NCBI GenBank assembly: GCA_016193315.1
Contig: JACPSJ010000001.1
Span: 471,478-535,477 of the forward strand
DNA length: 64,000 nucleotides
Direction of reading: 5' to 3'
From: Candidatus Kerfeldbacteria bacterium
GTDB taxonomy: Bacteria > Patescibacteriota > Patescibacteriia > SBBC01 > CAIJZX01
The notes under the pieces were generated by a model. That model saw only the letters and a list, made by a program, of their open reading frames with translations, ran no database searches and was not told where the DNA came from. Positions 35,398 through 44,072 of this stretch are shown piece by piece. A program made the position numbers and the translations under genes. Within the stretch, counting starts at the first letter, position 1; each line of letters opens with the position of its first letter.

Positions 35398-35751
35398 GTG
35401 CGACACCGGAAGGCCAAGCGGACGCTTGATCGCACGAGCGCGCAGCGCCAACGCCTGTTGCGTAACTTGGCCGTGGCCCTAATCATCAATGGCCGGATCA
35501 CCACCACGCCGGCGCGGGCGAAGTTAGTTCGCCGTTTTGTCGAACGACTTATTTCAACTGGCAAACAACCCACGCTAGTTCACCGCCGTCAACTGCTGCA
35601 AGCCTTGCCACACCGTCCGGCCGTGCAGGTTATTCTCCAGCGTCTGGCTCCCCAGTTTCAGCGCCGTGCTGGTGGCTACACCCGGCGGTCGAATCTTGGG
35701 CGTCGGGCCGGCGACGGAGCCGAACAGGTGAAACTTGAATTTATTGAGTAA
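35398..35751 (+). CDS. rplQ: 50S ribosomal protein L17 (GTG start)
   Basis: RHRKAKRTLDRTSAQRQRLLRNLAVALIINGRITTT ... L17 signature. aggaga SD-like sequence upstream. Confidence 0.9.
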   Translation: MRHRKAKRTLDRTSAQRQRLLRNLAVALIINGRITTTPARAKLVRRFVERLISTGKQPTLVHRRQLLQALPHRPAVQVILQRLAPQFQRRAGGYTRRSNLGRRAGDGAEQVKLEFIE

Positions 35752-36109
35752 GCCGATGACCACGATCGAAATGAATGCCGCCGGACAAGCCTTGGGTCGT
35801 CTGGCTACCGCCATTGCTGGCGCGCTCCAGGGTAAGAGGAATCCAGCCTACCGCCCAGACCGTCCAGGCGGAGTGTCAGTAGTGGTCCGAAACATTAACC
35901 AAGTACGTCTTACTGGGCGGAAACGAACTCAAAAAATGTATCGACGTTTTAGTGGCTATCCTGGCGGCCTAAAATGTCAGACCGCCGGCCAACTGCTGAG
36001 CCATCATCCTGACCAGGTTCTTCGGTTAGCAGTCAAACGAATGCTACCGAACAACCGCCACCGTGAGCAACTATTACAACGATTAGTGATCGAGCGGCGC
36101 CCGACATGA
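35735..36109 (+). CDS. rplM: 50S ribosomal protein L13
   Basis: MNLLSKP ... GQALGRLAT ... YRRFSGYPGGLK ... KRMLPNN pattern of L13. Overlaps the rplQ end. Confidence 0.85.
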   Translation: MNLLSKPMTTIEMNAAGQALGRLATAIAGALQGKRNPAYRPDRPGGVSVVVRNINQVRLTGRKRTQKMYRRFSGYPGGLKCQTAGQLLSHHPDQVLRLAVKRMLPNNRHREQLLQRLVIERRPT

Positions 36110-36615
36110 CCAAGAAACCGATCGTCAAAACAACCCCCCGACGACTCCGGTCCACGGCGAGGGAACGAAAAATTACTTCTCCGCCGGCTAGCCGTCAGGA
36201 GCTCAAGGTTTCTCCTTCGACACCACCGCCTTACTTGTTTGCGGTGGGCCGGCGAAAAGAAGCGGTGGCCCGTATTCGTTGGTATCATCAGGGTCCGACT
36301 GATTTCGTCATTAATGGTCGACCAATGGCGGAGTACTTTCCGGTGGCGGCCGACCAGCAACTCATCACTGCGCCCCTCCGCACCTGCCAACGCTCCCTGG
36401 CCGAGCGAGTACAGATCAAAGTTTCGGGGGGCGGGACGCAGGGTCAAGCCGAAGCAATTCGCCTTGGTCTCGCCCGCGTTTTAGTCAAAGTCGATCCTGA
36501 CTACCGTCTGGCGCTGAAACGAGCCGGTTTTCTTCGACGCGACCCACGGGTTAAGGAACGTAAAAAGTACGGCTTGAAACGGGCCCGTCGGGCTCCACAA
36601 TGGCAGAAGCGTTAG
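36106..36615 (+). CDS. rpsI: 30S ribosomal protein S9 (with basic N-terminal extension)
   Basis: YLFAVGRRKEAVARIRWYHQGPTDFVINGRP ... GGGTQGQAEAIRLGLARVL ... KKYGLKRARRAPQWQKR. ATGA overlap with rplM. Confidence 0.9.
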   Translation: MTKKPIVKTTPRRLRSTARERKITSPPASRQELKVSPSTPPPYLFAVGRRKEAVARIRWYHQGPTDFVINGRPMAEYFPVAADQQLITAPLRTCQRSLAERVQIKVSGGGTQGQAEAIRLGLARVLVKVDPDYRLALKRAGFLRRDPRVKERKKYGLKRARRAPQWQKR

Positions 36616-36635
36616 ACGCCTGGTAAACTGCGGCT

Positions 36636-38111
36636 ATGATCCCACGCCCCAGTTCGGCTAACGGCGGTAGCATTGCCAAGAATACTACCTACCTGACGGG
36701 GGCACTGATCGGACAGAAAATCCTGTCTTTTTTGTATGTCCTTATTCTGGCCCGGCTGGTTGGAGTACGAGTCACTGGAGATTACTTCAGCGCGCTGTCG
36801 TTTATTACCTTGTTCTCCATTTTTATCGACCTTGGCCTGACCCCGGCCTTTATCCGCCAGACGGCCCGCGACCGGCAGCAGGGTTTAACGGATCTCCACC
36901 ACATAGTCACATTCAAGCTTCTTTCGTCGGCGGTGGTGATTGCGGCTTTATTCGGATCGATTGCCTTGCTCGACTCAATGGGCCGTTCTCACCCCGACTC
37001 GCTATTCATCCGCTGGGCGGCGGTGATCATGGTTCTCGACTCGATGACCCTGACACTGTATGGATACTTCCGGGGTATCCAGCGACTGGAGTTTGAATCG
37101 ATTGGGACGATTCTCCACCGCGTGGTGGTGATGATCATCGGCATCACCGGCCTGGTACTAGGCGCACATCCGGTGATTACGGTCATGGCCGTCCTCGGCG
37201 GGAGTGCCTCGAACTTTTTGTACGTCGTCTTCCACCTCTGGCGGCAGGGCGTTGTCTGGCGACCACGGTTGCAGTGGCGGGTGCTCCGCTCGCTGCTGCG
37301 CTTGGCCTTACCTTTTGGCGTGGCTGGCCTTTTTACCGCCGTCTACGCCAGCAGTGACAACGTCCTGCTAAGCATTTTTGGCGGCAACCGCGAGGTTGGC
37401 TTGTACGGTTTGGCGGCCAAGATAATTTTAGCCTTTCAGATTTTGCCCGCCGCCCTCGTGGCGGCCACGTTTCCCGCCATGAGCGCCGCCTTTATCACCG
37501 ACCGGGCGCGGCTGGAGCGTATTTTTCGCTATTCCATGCAGTACCTGATGGTTATTACCGTCCCGCTGATGGTGATCGTCAGCCTGCTAGCCAAGCAAAT
37601 CATTATCCTCGGCTGGGGGGCTTTCTGGCTCGATGCGGTCTGGCCACTCCGGTTCCTGGCTTTGGCCTTGCCATTCCTGTTTCTCAACTATCCGGTCGGC
37701 TACTTGCTCAACGCCGCCAACGCCCAAACCCGCAATACCATCAATATCGGCATTACGGTGGTGGTCAATGTGGCGCTGAACTTGGTTTTTATTGAACAGT
37801 ATACTTACCGTTCGGTCACCATCATCGCCCTGGGGTCAGCCGCCCTGCTGTTCTCCTTGGGCCTCTGGTATGTACGACGAATCATCACTGTTCCGGCTCA
37901 GGCGTTGTTGACTACGTTGGGCAAAACTCTACTGGCCGGTTTGATTGTCGCCCTGTTTGGCTGGTGGCTTATTCCACAGTTGGACGGACGAACCGGCGCT
38001 ATCACCGCGGCCATCCTGATGGGACTGCTATACCTGGTCCTCGCTTTTGTGCTGCGGTTGATGCGGACAAGTGATGCCCAAGCGCTCCTCCAGCGGCTGC
38101 GCCGTACATGA
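36636..38111 (+). CDS. Oligosaccharide/polysaccharide flippase (Wzx-like, MOP superfamily)
   Basis: 491-aa polytopic membrane protein with about 12-14 TM helices and a pattern typical of polysaccharide biosynthesis transporters. Confidence 0.7.
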   Translation: MIPRPSSANGGSIAKNTTYLTGALIGQKILSFLYVLILARLVGVRVTGDYFSALSFITLFSIFIDLGLTPAFIRQTARDRQQGLTDLHHIVTFKLLSSAVVIAALFGSIALLDSMGRSHPDSLFIRWAAVIMVLDSMTLTLYGYFRGIQRLEFESIGTILHRVVVMIIGITGLVLGAHPVITVMAVLGGSASNFLYVVFHLWRQGVVWRPRLQWRVLRSLLRLALPFGVAGLFTAVYASSDNVLLSIFGGNREVGLYGLAAKIILAFQILPAALVAATFPAMSAAFITDRARLERIFRYSMQYLMVITVPLMVIVSLLAKQIIILGWGAFWLDAVWPLRFLALALPFLFLNYPVGYLLNAANAQTRNTINIGITVVVNVALNLVFIEQYTYRSVTIIALGSAALLFSLGLWYVRRIITVPAQALLTTLGKTLLAGLIVALFGWWLIPQLDGRTGAITAAILMGLLYLVLAFVLRLMRTSDAQALLQRLRRT

Positions 38112-39916
38112 GCCGCTTTATCCTCATCACCGAATTTTTCCCGCCCGAGATCGGGGGCATCCAGACCAGTCTAGAACTAATAGCTCCGGTCTTTGGCTCC
38201 GAGCTGACGGTCATCGCCCCGCCGCAGCGCGGGGATGATGACTTCGACCGCCGGCAGCCCTACCAAACCATTCGGCGGTCGTTGTTCAGTGGACCGGGCT
38301 GGCCATCGTGGCAGTGGCTTGTCCCGTGGCTGTGGTCTCGTCGCCGGCAAGCCGAGCTGGTTCTTTTCGGCCACTTCAGCGGCGCCGTGTTGGCCGGGTG
38401 GCTCAGTCGTTGGTTTGGCCTACGCTACGCGATTTTGGTCTACGGGCGAGACCTGCTAACTGAACAGCGCCGCTGGCCGCTGCGTTGGTTCATGGGCACA
38501 GTACTCCGTTCGGCCACCTGGATCGGGGTGATTAGTGATTTTACTGCTGGTCTAGTACGACAGTACCGCGTGCCAGAGAACAAACTTGTTTTAACTCATC
38601 CCGCCGTGCCTGAAGAACTTACCGTGAAAGTACCGTCCACCAGGAATGATCCTCAGTTGGTGACCGTCTGCCGTCTCGTGACCCGCAAAAATGTGGCGAC
38701 CGTCATACGCGCGGTAGCTAAGCTACGTTCGGAAATCCCGGCTCTAGAGTACCACATCATCGGCGACGGTCCGGAGCGGGGAGCGCTCGAACGCTTGAGG
38801 CAAGAGATGAAACTTTCTAGCCAGGTAACGTTTCATGGCTGGGTCAGCGAGCCAGAAAAGATTCGCCTTCTGCAGGCCAGCACCATCGGGGTATTGGTGC
38901 CACGAGTGTTGGAGGCGGGGAGTGATGTTGAGGGCCTAGGCATTTTTTACCTGGAAGCAGCCGCCTGCGGTCTGCCGTTGGTGGCCAGTGCGACCGGGGG
39001 AGTAACCGACATCGCTGATGATGAAAAAACGGCTTTGGTTACTGATCCAGAAGATATCGATAGCCTAGTGAAATCTATCCGCCGGCTGATCATTGACCCC
39101 GCCCTCAGCGCCCGACTTGGACAGGCTGGGCAGGAGCTCGTCCGGCGGGAGTTTACTGTCCCGGTCAGGAACCGGCGAGTAGAAGCGCTCGTCCAAGGAT
39201 GGCACATGTCCAATCCACCGCTGGTATCGATCATTATACCCGCCTTCCAGGCGGCGAAGACGATCGGTCGGACCATCACCTCCGTATTGAAGCAAACCTG
39301 GCCCCACTGGGAGCTCATCGTCGTTGATGACGGATCGACTGATCAACTGACCCAGGCGCTTGCACCACACCGTTCACAGATACAGTTCATTCATCAAACA
39401 AATCAGGGGGCTCCGCTCGCCCGGAATAGGGGCGCGGCCGCGGCCCAGGGTCAATTCTTGCTTTTTCTTGACGCCGATACGTGGCTTCATCCGCAGGCCC
39501 TGACCGCCATGATCGTCGCCCTGCTGACTCATCCGTCGGTCAGCTATGCCTATAGCAATTTTCGATTCGGGCCGAAAATGTTTCGTCTCTTCGACTTTAA
39601 CCGAGCGCGCCTACGCCAGATGAACTATATTCACACTACCTCGCTGATTCGGCGAGCAGATTTTCCTGGTTTCGACCCGGCCCTACGTCGGTTTCAAGAC
39701 TGGGATGTGTGGCTAACCCTGCTGCGAAGTGGTCAGCATGGAATCTGGGTACCGACCGAACTCTTCCGCGTTCAACAACAGCGTGGTGGGATGAGTACCT
39801 GGCTGCCATCATTCGTCTATCGTCTGCCGTGGATCGGACGAGGTCGAGGCAGCGATACTATCCGACGCTACCGTCAGGCTGAGTTAATGATCCGCCGAAA
39901 ACACCACCTCGACTGA
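38108..39916 (+). CDS. Bifunctional glycosyltransferase: N-terminal GT4 (GT-B) fused to C-terminal GT2 (GT-A)
   Basis: N-terminal ITEFFPPEIGGIQT ... and EGLGIFYLEAAACGLPLVAS (GT4 E-x7-E region). C-terminal VSIIIPAFQAAKTIGRTITSVLKQTWPHWELIVVDDGSTD (GT2). Confidence 0.75.
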   Translation: MSRFILITEFFPPEIGGIQTSLELIAPVFGSELTVIAPPQRGDDDFDRRQPYQTIRRSLFSGPGWPSWQWLVPWLWSRRRQAELVLFGHFSGAVLAGWLSRWFGLRYAILVYGRDLLTEQRRWPLRWFMGTVLRSATWIGVISDFTAGLVRQYRVPENKLVLTHPAVPEELTVKVPSTRNDPQLVTVCRLVTRKNVATVIRAVAKLRSEIPALEYHIIGDGPERGALERLRQEMKLSSQVTFHGWVSEPEKIRLLQASTIGVLVPRVLEAGSDVEGLGIFYLEAAACGLPLVASATGGVTDIADDEKTALVTDPEDIDSLVKSIRRLIIDPALSARLGQAGQELVRREFTVPVRNRRVEALVQGWHMSNPPLVSIIIPAFQAAKTIGRTITSVLKQTWPHWELIVVDDGSTDQLTQALAPHRSQIQFIHQTNQGAPLARNRGAAAAQGQFLLFLDADTWLHPQALTAMIVALLTHPSVSYAYSNFRFGPKMFRLFDFNRARLRQMNYIHTTSLIRRADFPGFDPALRRFQDWDVWLTLLRSGQHGIWVPTELFRVQQQRGGMSTWLPSFVYRLPWIGRGRGSDTIRRYRQAELMIRRKHHLD

Positions 39917-40825
39917 TTGTCGGGCCAGCGGCTTTTTGCTAGACTGGTGGCTATGCCCGATCCTGTGGTGACGATGGTTGTTGTCAGTTGGAATGTCCGT
40001 CGCTCGCTCCGTCAGTGCTTACGGGCCGCCGAAGCCAGCCGGGGCATCCGCTGGCAGATTATTGTCGTTGACAACGCCTCAACCGATGGTTCGGTCGACT
40101 TAGTCAGACGTCAATTTCCCCGGGTCGTCCTGATAGCAAACGATATCAATCGTGGATTTGCGGCCGCTGTCAATCAGGCCCTCCGGCGCTCGCGAGGGGA
40201 CGTATTATTACTCAACCCCGACCTAGTCCTGCAGCCGAGAACGGTAGCCTCGATGGCCGCATGGTTTTTACGCCGCCCAAGAGTGGGGATTATCGGTCCC
40301 CAACTCATCTATCCTGATGGCCGTTTGCAGCCATCGGTCAAGCGCTTCCCACGATGGATCGATCTGTTCCTGCTGCTGAGCAAAGTTCCGAATATTGTCC
40401 CGCGTTTATCCGCTCGCTACCAAGCCACTGACTTCGACTACCAGCGAATTCAAGTGGTCGACCAGGTTATGGGGTCCTGCTTTCTTATCCGCCGTCAGAC
40501 CCTCGATCAGGTCGGTTTATTCGATGAGCAGTTTTGGATTTGGTACGAGGAAGTTGATTTCTGCCGACGAGCGAAGGCATTGGGGTGGGAGACGCTCTAC
40601 GTCGCCGACGCGGTCGCCACCCACGAACGCGGGCAAAGTTTTCGCCAGGTCAGTGTCCGGCGAAAACAACTACTCCTGCGACAGAGTATCGGCCACTATA
40701 CCCGAAAACATCTCGGCCAGCTACAGTTCTTTGGCTTATGGCCAGCATTCGCCATCAGCTGGCTGTCGGCATTGGTGATCGATTTCTTTCGGTGGGGCAA
40801 GCCAATGGTAGCGAGCGACTTTTGA
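39917..40825 (+). CDS. Glycosyltransferase family 2 (rhamnosyltransferase-like)
   Basis: VVVSWNVRRSL ... IIVVDNASTDGS ... NRGFAAAVNQAL ... typical GT2_7 pattern. Confidence 0.75.
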   Translation: MSGQRLFARLVAMPDPVVTMVVVSWNVRRSLRQCLRAAEASRGIRWQIIVVDNASTDGSVDLVRRQFPRVVLIANDINRGFAAAVNQALRRSRGDVLLLNPDLVLQPRTVASMAAWFLRRPRVGIIGPQLIYPDGRLQPSVKRFPRWIDLFLLLSKVPNIVPRLSARYQATDFDYQRIQVVDQVMGSCFLIRRQTLDQVGLFDEQFWIWYEEVDFCRRAKALGWETLYVADAVATHERGQSFRQVSVRRKQLLLRQSIGHYTRKHLGQLQFFGLWPAFAISWLSALVIDFFRWGKPMVASDF

Positions 40826-42238
40826 ATGGACGATCGAGCGAAGATACTCTACCGGTGGACGATGGTAGCAGTCGGGGCGGCGGAATTGCTATCCTGGTTG
40901 GCCTTCCGTTTGGGATTGATGGTACCGATTACCAGTTTGGTTATCGCCTTCGTCTGGTGGTTAGCCTGGCGATGGCCGAAGTGGTTGTCCCTGGTCAGCC
41001 TGGTGGAGCTGGTGATTGGGGGCAAGGGGTACTTGTTCTGGCTCGATCTCTCCGGCTCAGTTAGTCTTCACATCCCAATTCGGATGATTGTGTTTTCGGT
41101 CTTGCTCGTGGCCACGGCCGTGTCGTGGTACCGTGAGAAGAGGTGGCCATGGCCGACCAGAGCGTTCATGCCGGCCGCGGTCCTGCTGCTGTGGGTCATC
41201 ATCATGACTGGCTGGGGACTGGCTGTCGGCCATGGCCTGTCGACCACCTATCAGGATGCCAACGCGTGGGGGTACCTGTTGATTCTGCCGTGCTGGTGGT
41301 TTTGGTGGCGGAAACAACCAGGCTGGCAATCGCTCATCCTGACCGTGCTGCTGGCTGGCGTGACCACGGTGGCGATCAAAACGTGGGTTGTCCAGGTACT
41401 GTTTAATCACCTCTCGGCGCCAACACTCGAAACGTTCTACCGCTGGATCCGACAAACTGGCATCGGCGAAATCACGCACCTCAGCGGGCCGCTCTACCGA
41501 GTCTTCTTCCAAAGCCATCTTTACCTCTTGCTCGGCTTGCTCCTGACGGTCAGCGGCTGGCTGTTTGGCCGAGCCCCGCGGTGGTGGCTGTGGCCGATGA
41601 TTGCTAGCGGGGTTGGCCTTTACCTGAGCCTATCCCGCAGCCTGTGGTTGGGAGTAGCCGGCGGGGGAGTCGTCCTCCTCTACCAGTTTTTGCAAGCCCG
41701 TCGCAGTCTGTCTGCCTGGCGGGTGATATGGCTCCTGCCGCTAGCCATCGCCATCTGGCTACTGTCGTCGTGGGCGGTTAACTTCCCGTACGTGCTCAGC
41801 CCGGTCGGCGCCCCCCGCCCGTCAAGCGCAGTCATTGCCCGTCTATACTCTCCCGGTTCACAACAGGCAGCCAGTGCCCGGGCCAATCAATTTCGGCCGC
41901 TGATCCAAGCCATCAGGCAACAACCGCTGACCGGACATGGTTTCGGCACGACCGTCCGTTACTACAGTACCGACCCACGGGTGAAGGGCTGGCGGACGAC
42001 GTTTGCCTTTGAACTCGGTTATCTCGATCTATGGTTAAAATTTGGTATCATCGGGCTCGGATTGCTGAGCTGGTGGGTGTGGTCGATCAGGCAAAACCTC
42101 CGGCGCACCAAATGGTATCCGTGGCTGTGGGGCGGGGTAATTGCGATTCTCGTGACCCACCTGACTACTCCCTATCTTAATCATCCACTCGGGCTGGGCT
42201 GGCTAGCCTTGGTCACTGTTTATGCGTCCGATCAGTGA
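40826..42238 (+). CDS. O-antigen ligase / polymerase-like membrane protein (Wzy_C family)
   Basis: Polytopic membrane protein with the Wzy_C hallmark LYLSLSRSLWLGVAGG. Confidence 0.7.
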   Translation: MDDRAKILYRWTMVAVGAAELLSWLAFRLGLMVPITSLVIAFVWWLAWRWPKWLSLVSLVELVIGGKGYLFWLDLSGSVSLHIPIRMIVFSVLLVATAVSWYREKRWPWPTRAFMPAAVLLLWVIIMTGWGLAVGHGLSTTYQDANAWGYLLILPCWWFWWRKQPGWQSLILTVLLAGVTTVAIKTWVVQVLFNHLSAPTLETFYRWIRQTGIGEITHLSGPLYRVFFQSHLYLLLGLLLTVSGWLFGRAPRWWLWPMIASGVGLYLSLSRSLWLGVAGGGVVLLYQFLQARRSLSAWRVIWLLPLAIAIWLLSSWAVNFPYVLSPVGAPRPSSAVIARLYSPGSQQAASARANQFRPLIQAIRQQPLTGHGFGTTVRYYSTDPRVKGWRTTFAFELGYLDLWLKFGIIGLGLLSWWVWSIRQNLRRTKWYPWLWGGVIAILVTHLTTPYLNHPLGLGWLALVTVYASDQ

Positions 42239-43256
42239 GGTACCACTGGTAACCGTCCAGATCGTCACCTGGAACAGCTTAACGCACTTACCAAGCTGCC
42301 TGGCGGCGATCATGCAACAGCGCGGACCAGCCCGCCAACTGATGATCGTCGATAACGCCTCGGTCGACAACACCGTACACTGGCTCGAGGAACATTTCCC
42401 TCACCTTAATTTGCTGCGCAATACGCGGAACCTCGGCTTCTGTCGTGCTCACAATCAGGCCCTGCGGCTGTCCAAGAGCCCGTATGTTCTGATTCTCAAC
42501 CCGGATGTCATTCTTCAGCCGGACTGGCTCGAGCGAGGGATCAACTACCTCGAGGGTCACCCTCCGGCCGGCAGCTTCGGTGGTAAACTACTGCGCTATC
42601 ACTATTCCGCCGATGAGTTGAAAGAAGTCGTACCGTCTGGTATAATCGACAGCACCGGTTTACATTGTTTCCGTAACCGGCAGGTCAGCGATCGGGGTAG
42701 CGGCCAGGCCGACCGTGGCCAATATGATCAAGCGGGCGAAGTGTTTGGTATCTCTGGTGCTTGTTTGCTCTTGCGTCGGTCAGCGCTGGAATCAATTCGT
42801 TGGCACGATGAATACCTGGACGAAGACTTCTTCGCCTATAAGGATGATGTTGACCTAGCTTGGCGCCTCCAGCGGTTGGGGTGGTCGAGTTGGTACGACC
42901 CGCAGGCGGTGGCTTATCACTACCGCACAGTTCGAGGACTGGATACAATACGGAACGTAGCACTGAGTAAAAACTACCGCTCGCGCCACCAGATGATTAG
43001 CTTTTACTCATATCGAAATCATTGGTTGTTACTGGCCAAGCATGAGCGTCGATCAACGTGGTGGCTCGACGGGCCATGGATTAGTTGGTATGAATTGCGC
43101 AAGTTCGCCTTTCTTCTCCTCACGCAGCCTCGTACCCTACAGGCGATCGGTAGCGTCATCCGGTTGTGGCCGCGTATACGGCGGAAAGCCCGACTACTGG
43201 AGCACCACGCTCGCCGGTCGCCACTGGCCATACGATCTTGGTTTGTGATGTCCTAA
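42222..43256 (+). CDS. Glycosyltransferase family 2
   Basis: VTVQIVTWNSLTHL ... MIVDNASVDNT ... NLGFCRAHNQAL. DxD in ILNPDV. Confidence 0.75.
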   Translation: MRPISEVPLVTVQIVTWNSLTHLPSCLAAIMQQRGPARQLMIVDNASVDNTVHWLEEHFPHLNLLRNTRNLGFCRAHNQALRLSKSPYVLILNPDVILQPDWLERGINYLEGHPPAGSFGGKLLRYHYSADELKEVVPSGIIDSTGLHCFRNRQVSDRGSGQADRGQYDQAGEVFGISGACLLLRRSALESIRWHDEYLDEDFFAYKDDVDLAWRLQRLGWSSWYDPQAVAYHYRTVRGLDTIRNVALSKNYRSRHQMISFYSYRNHWLLLAKHERRSTWWLDGPWISWYELRKFAFLLLTQPRTLQAIGSVIRLWPRIRRKARLLEHHARRSPLAIRSWFVMS

Positions 43257-43262
43257 ACCGGC

Positions 43263-44072
43263 ATGGATCTCTCCATTCTCGTCCTCAATTACAAGACGAA
43301 AGGCCTCCTGAAGCAGTGCTTACGTGGTATTCTCGACAGCCAGTTGCTGCTAGCATATGAGGTGATCGTGGTTGATAATGACTCGCGCGACGGCAGTGTC
43401 GGCATGGTTCGACAGCAGTTCCCAGCGGTCCAGGTCATTGCCTCGCCGAAAAACGTAGGCTTTGCCGCCGGCATGAACATCGGCTTAGCTCGGGCGACCG
43501 GTCGGGTGGTCCTGCTTCTCAATCCTGATGTCGCCATCTTCCACCAAGCCGTCGCCACGCTCATCGACTATCTTGATACGCATCCTCAGGTCGGTCTGGC
43601 GGCGCCAAAACTCATTAATCCCGACGGTACCACCCAGCTTTCCTGTTATCGTTTCCCCAACATTTGGACACCGCTGTTACGGCGGACGCCACTCGGACGT
43701 TTCCCCGCCGGTCGACGAACGCTCCGGCGTTACCTGATGAGTGACTGGGATCATCAGGACAACCGTGCGGTCGGTTGGGTGCTCGGGGCCTGTATGCTGA
43801 TTCGTCGTACGTCGCTTGAGCGCATCGGACCGTTCGATGAACGTTTTTTCCTGTATTTTGAGGATGTCGATCTCTGTCGTCGCATGTGGCAAGCCGGATG
43901 GGAGGTCCACTACGCCGCCAGCGCCGAAATGGTTCATTATCACCAACGTCTGTCGGCCGAATACCCAGGCCTCCAGGGGCTGTTCTCCTACCCCACGAGA
44001 ATTCACATCCAGAGCGGCCTGAAGTACTTCAGCAAGTACCTCGGGTCGCCACCCCCGCCGCACCAGGTATGA
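43263..44072 (+). CDS. Glycosyltransferase family 2
   Basis: SILVLNYKTKGLL ... VIVVDNDSRDGS ... NVGFAAGMNIGL ... LLNPDV. Confidence 0.75.
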   Translation: MDLSILVLNYKTKGLLKQCLRGILDSQLLLAYEVIVVDNDSRDGSVGMVRQQFPAVQVIASPKNVGFAAGMNIGLARATGRVVLLLNPDVAIFHQAVATLIDYLDTHPQVGLAAPKLINPDGTTQLSCYRFPNIWTPLLRRTPLGRFPAGRRTLRRYLMSDWDHQDNRAVGWVLGACMLIRRTSLERIGPFDERFFLYFEDVDLCRRMWQAGWEVHYAASAEMVHYHQRLSAEYPGLQGLFSYPTRIHIQSGLKYFSKYLGSPPPPHQV

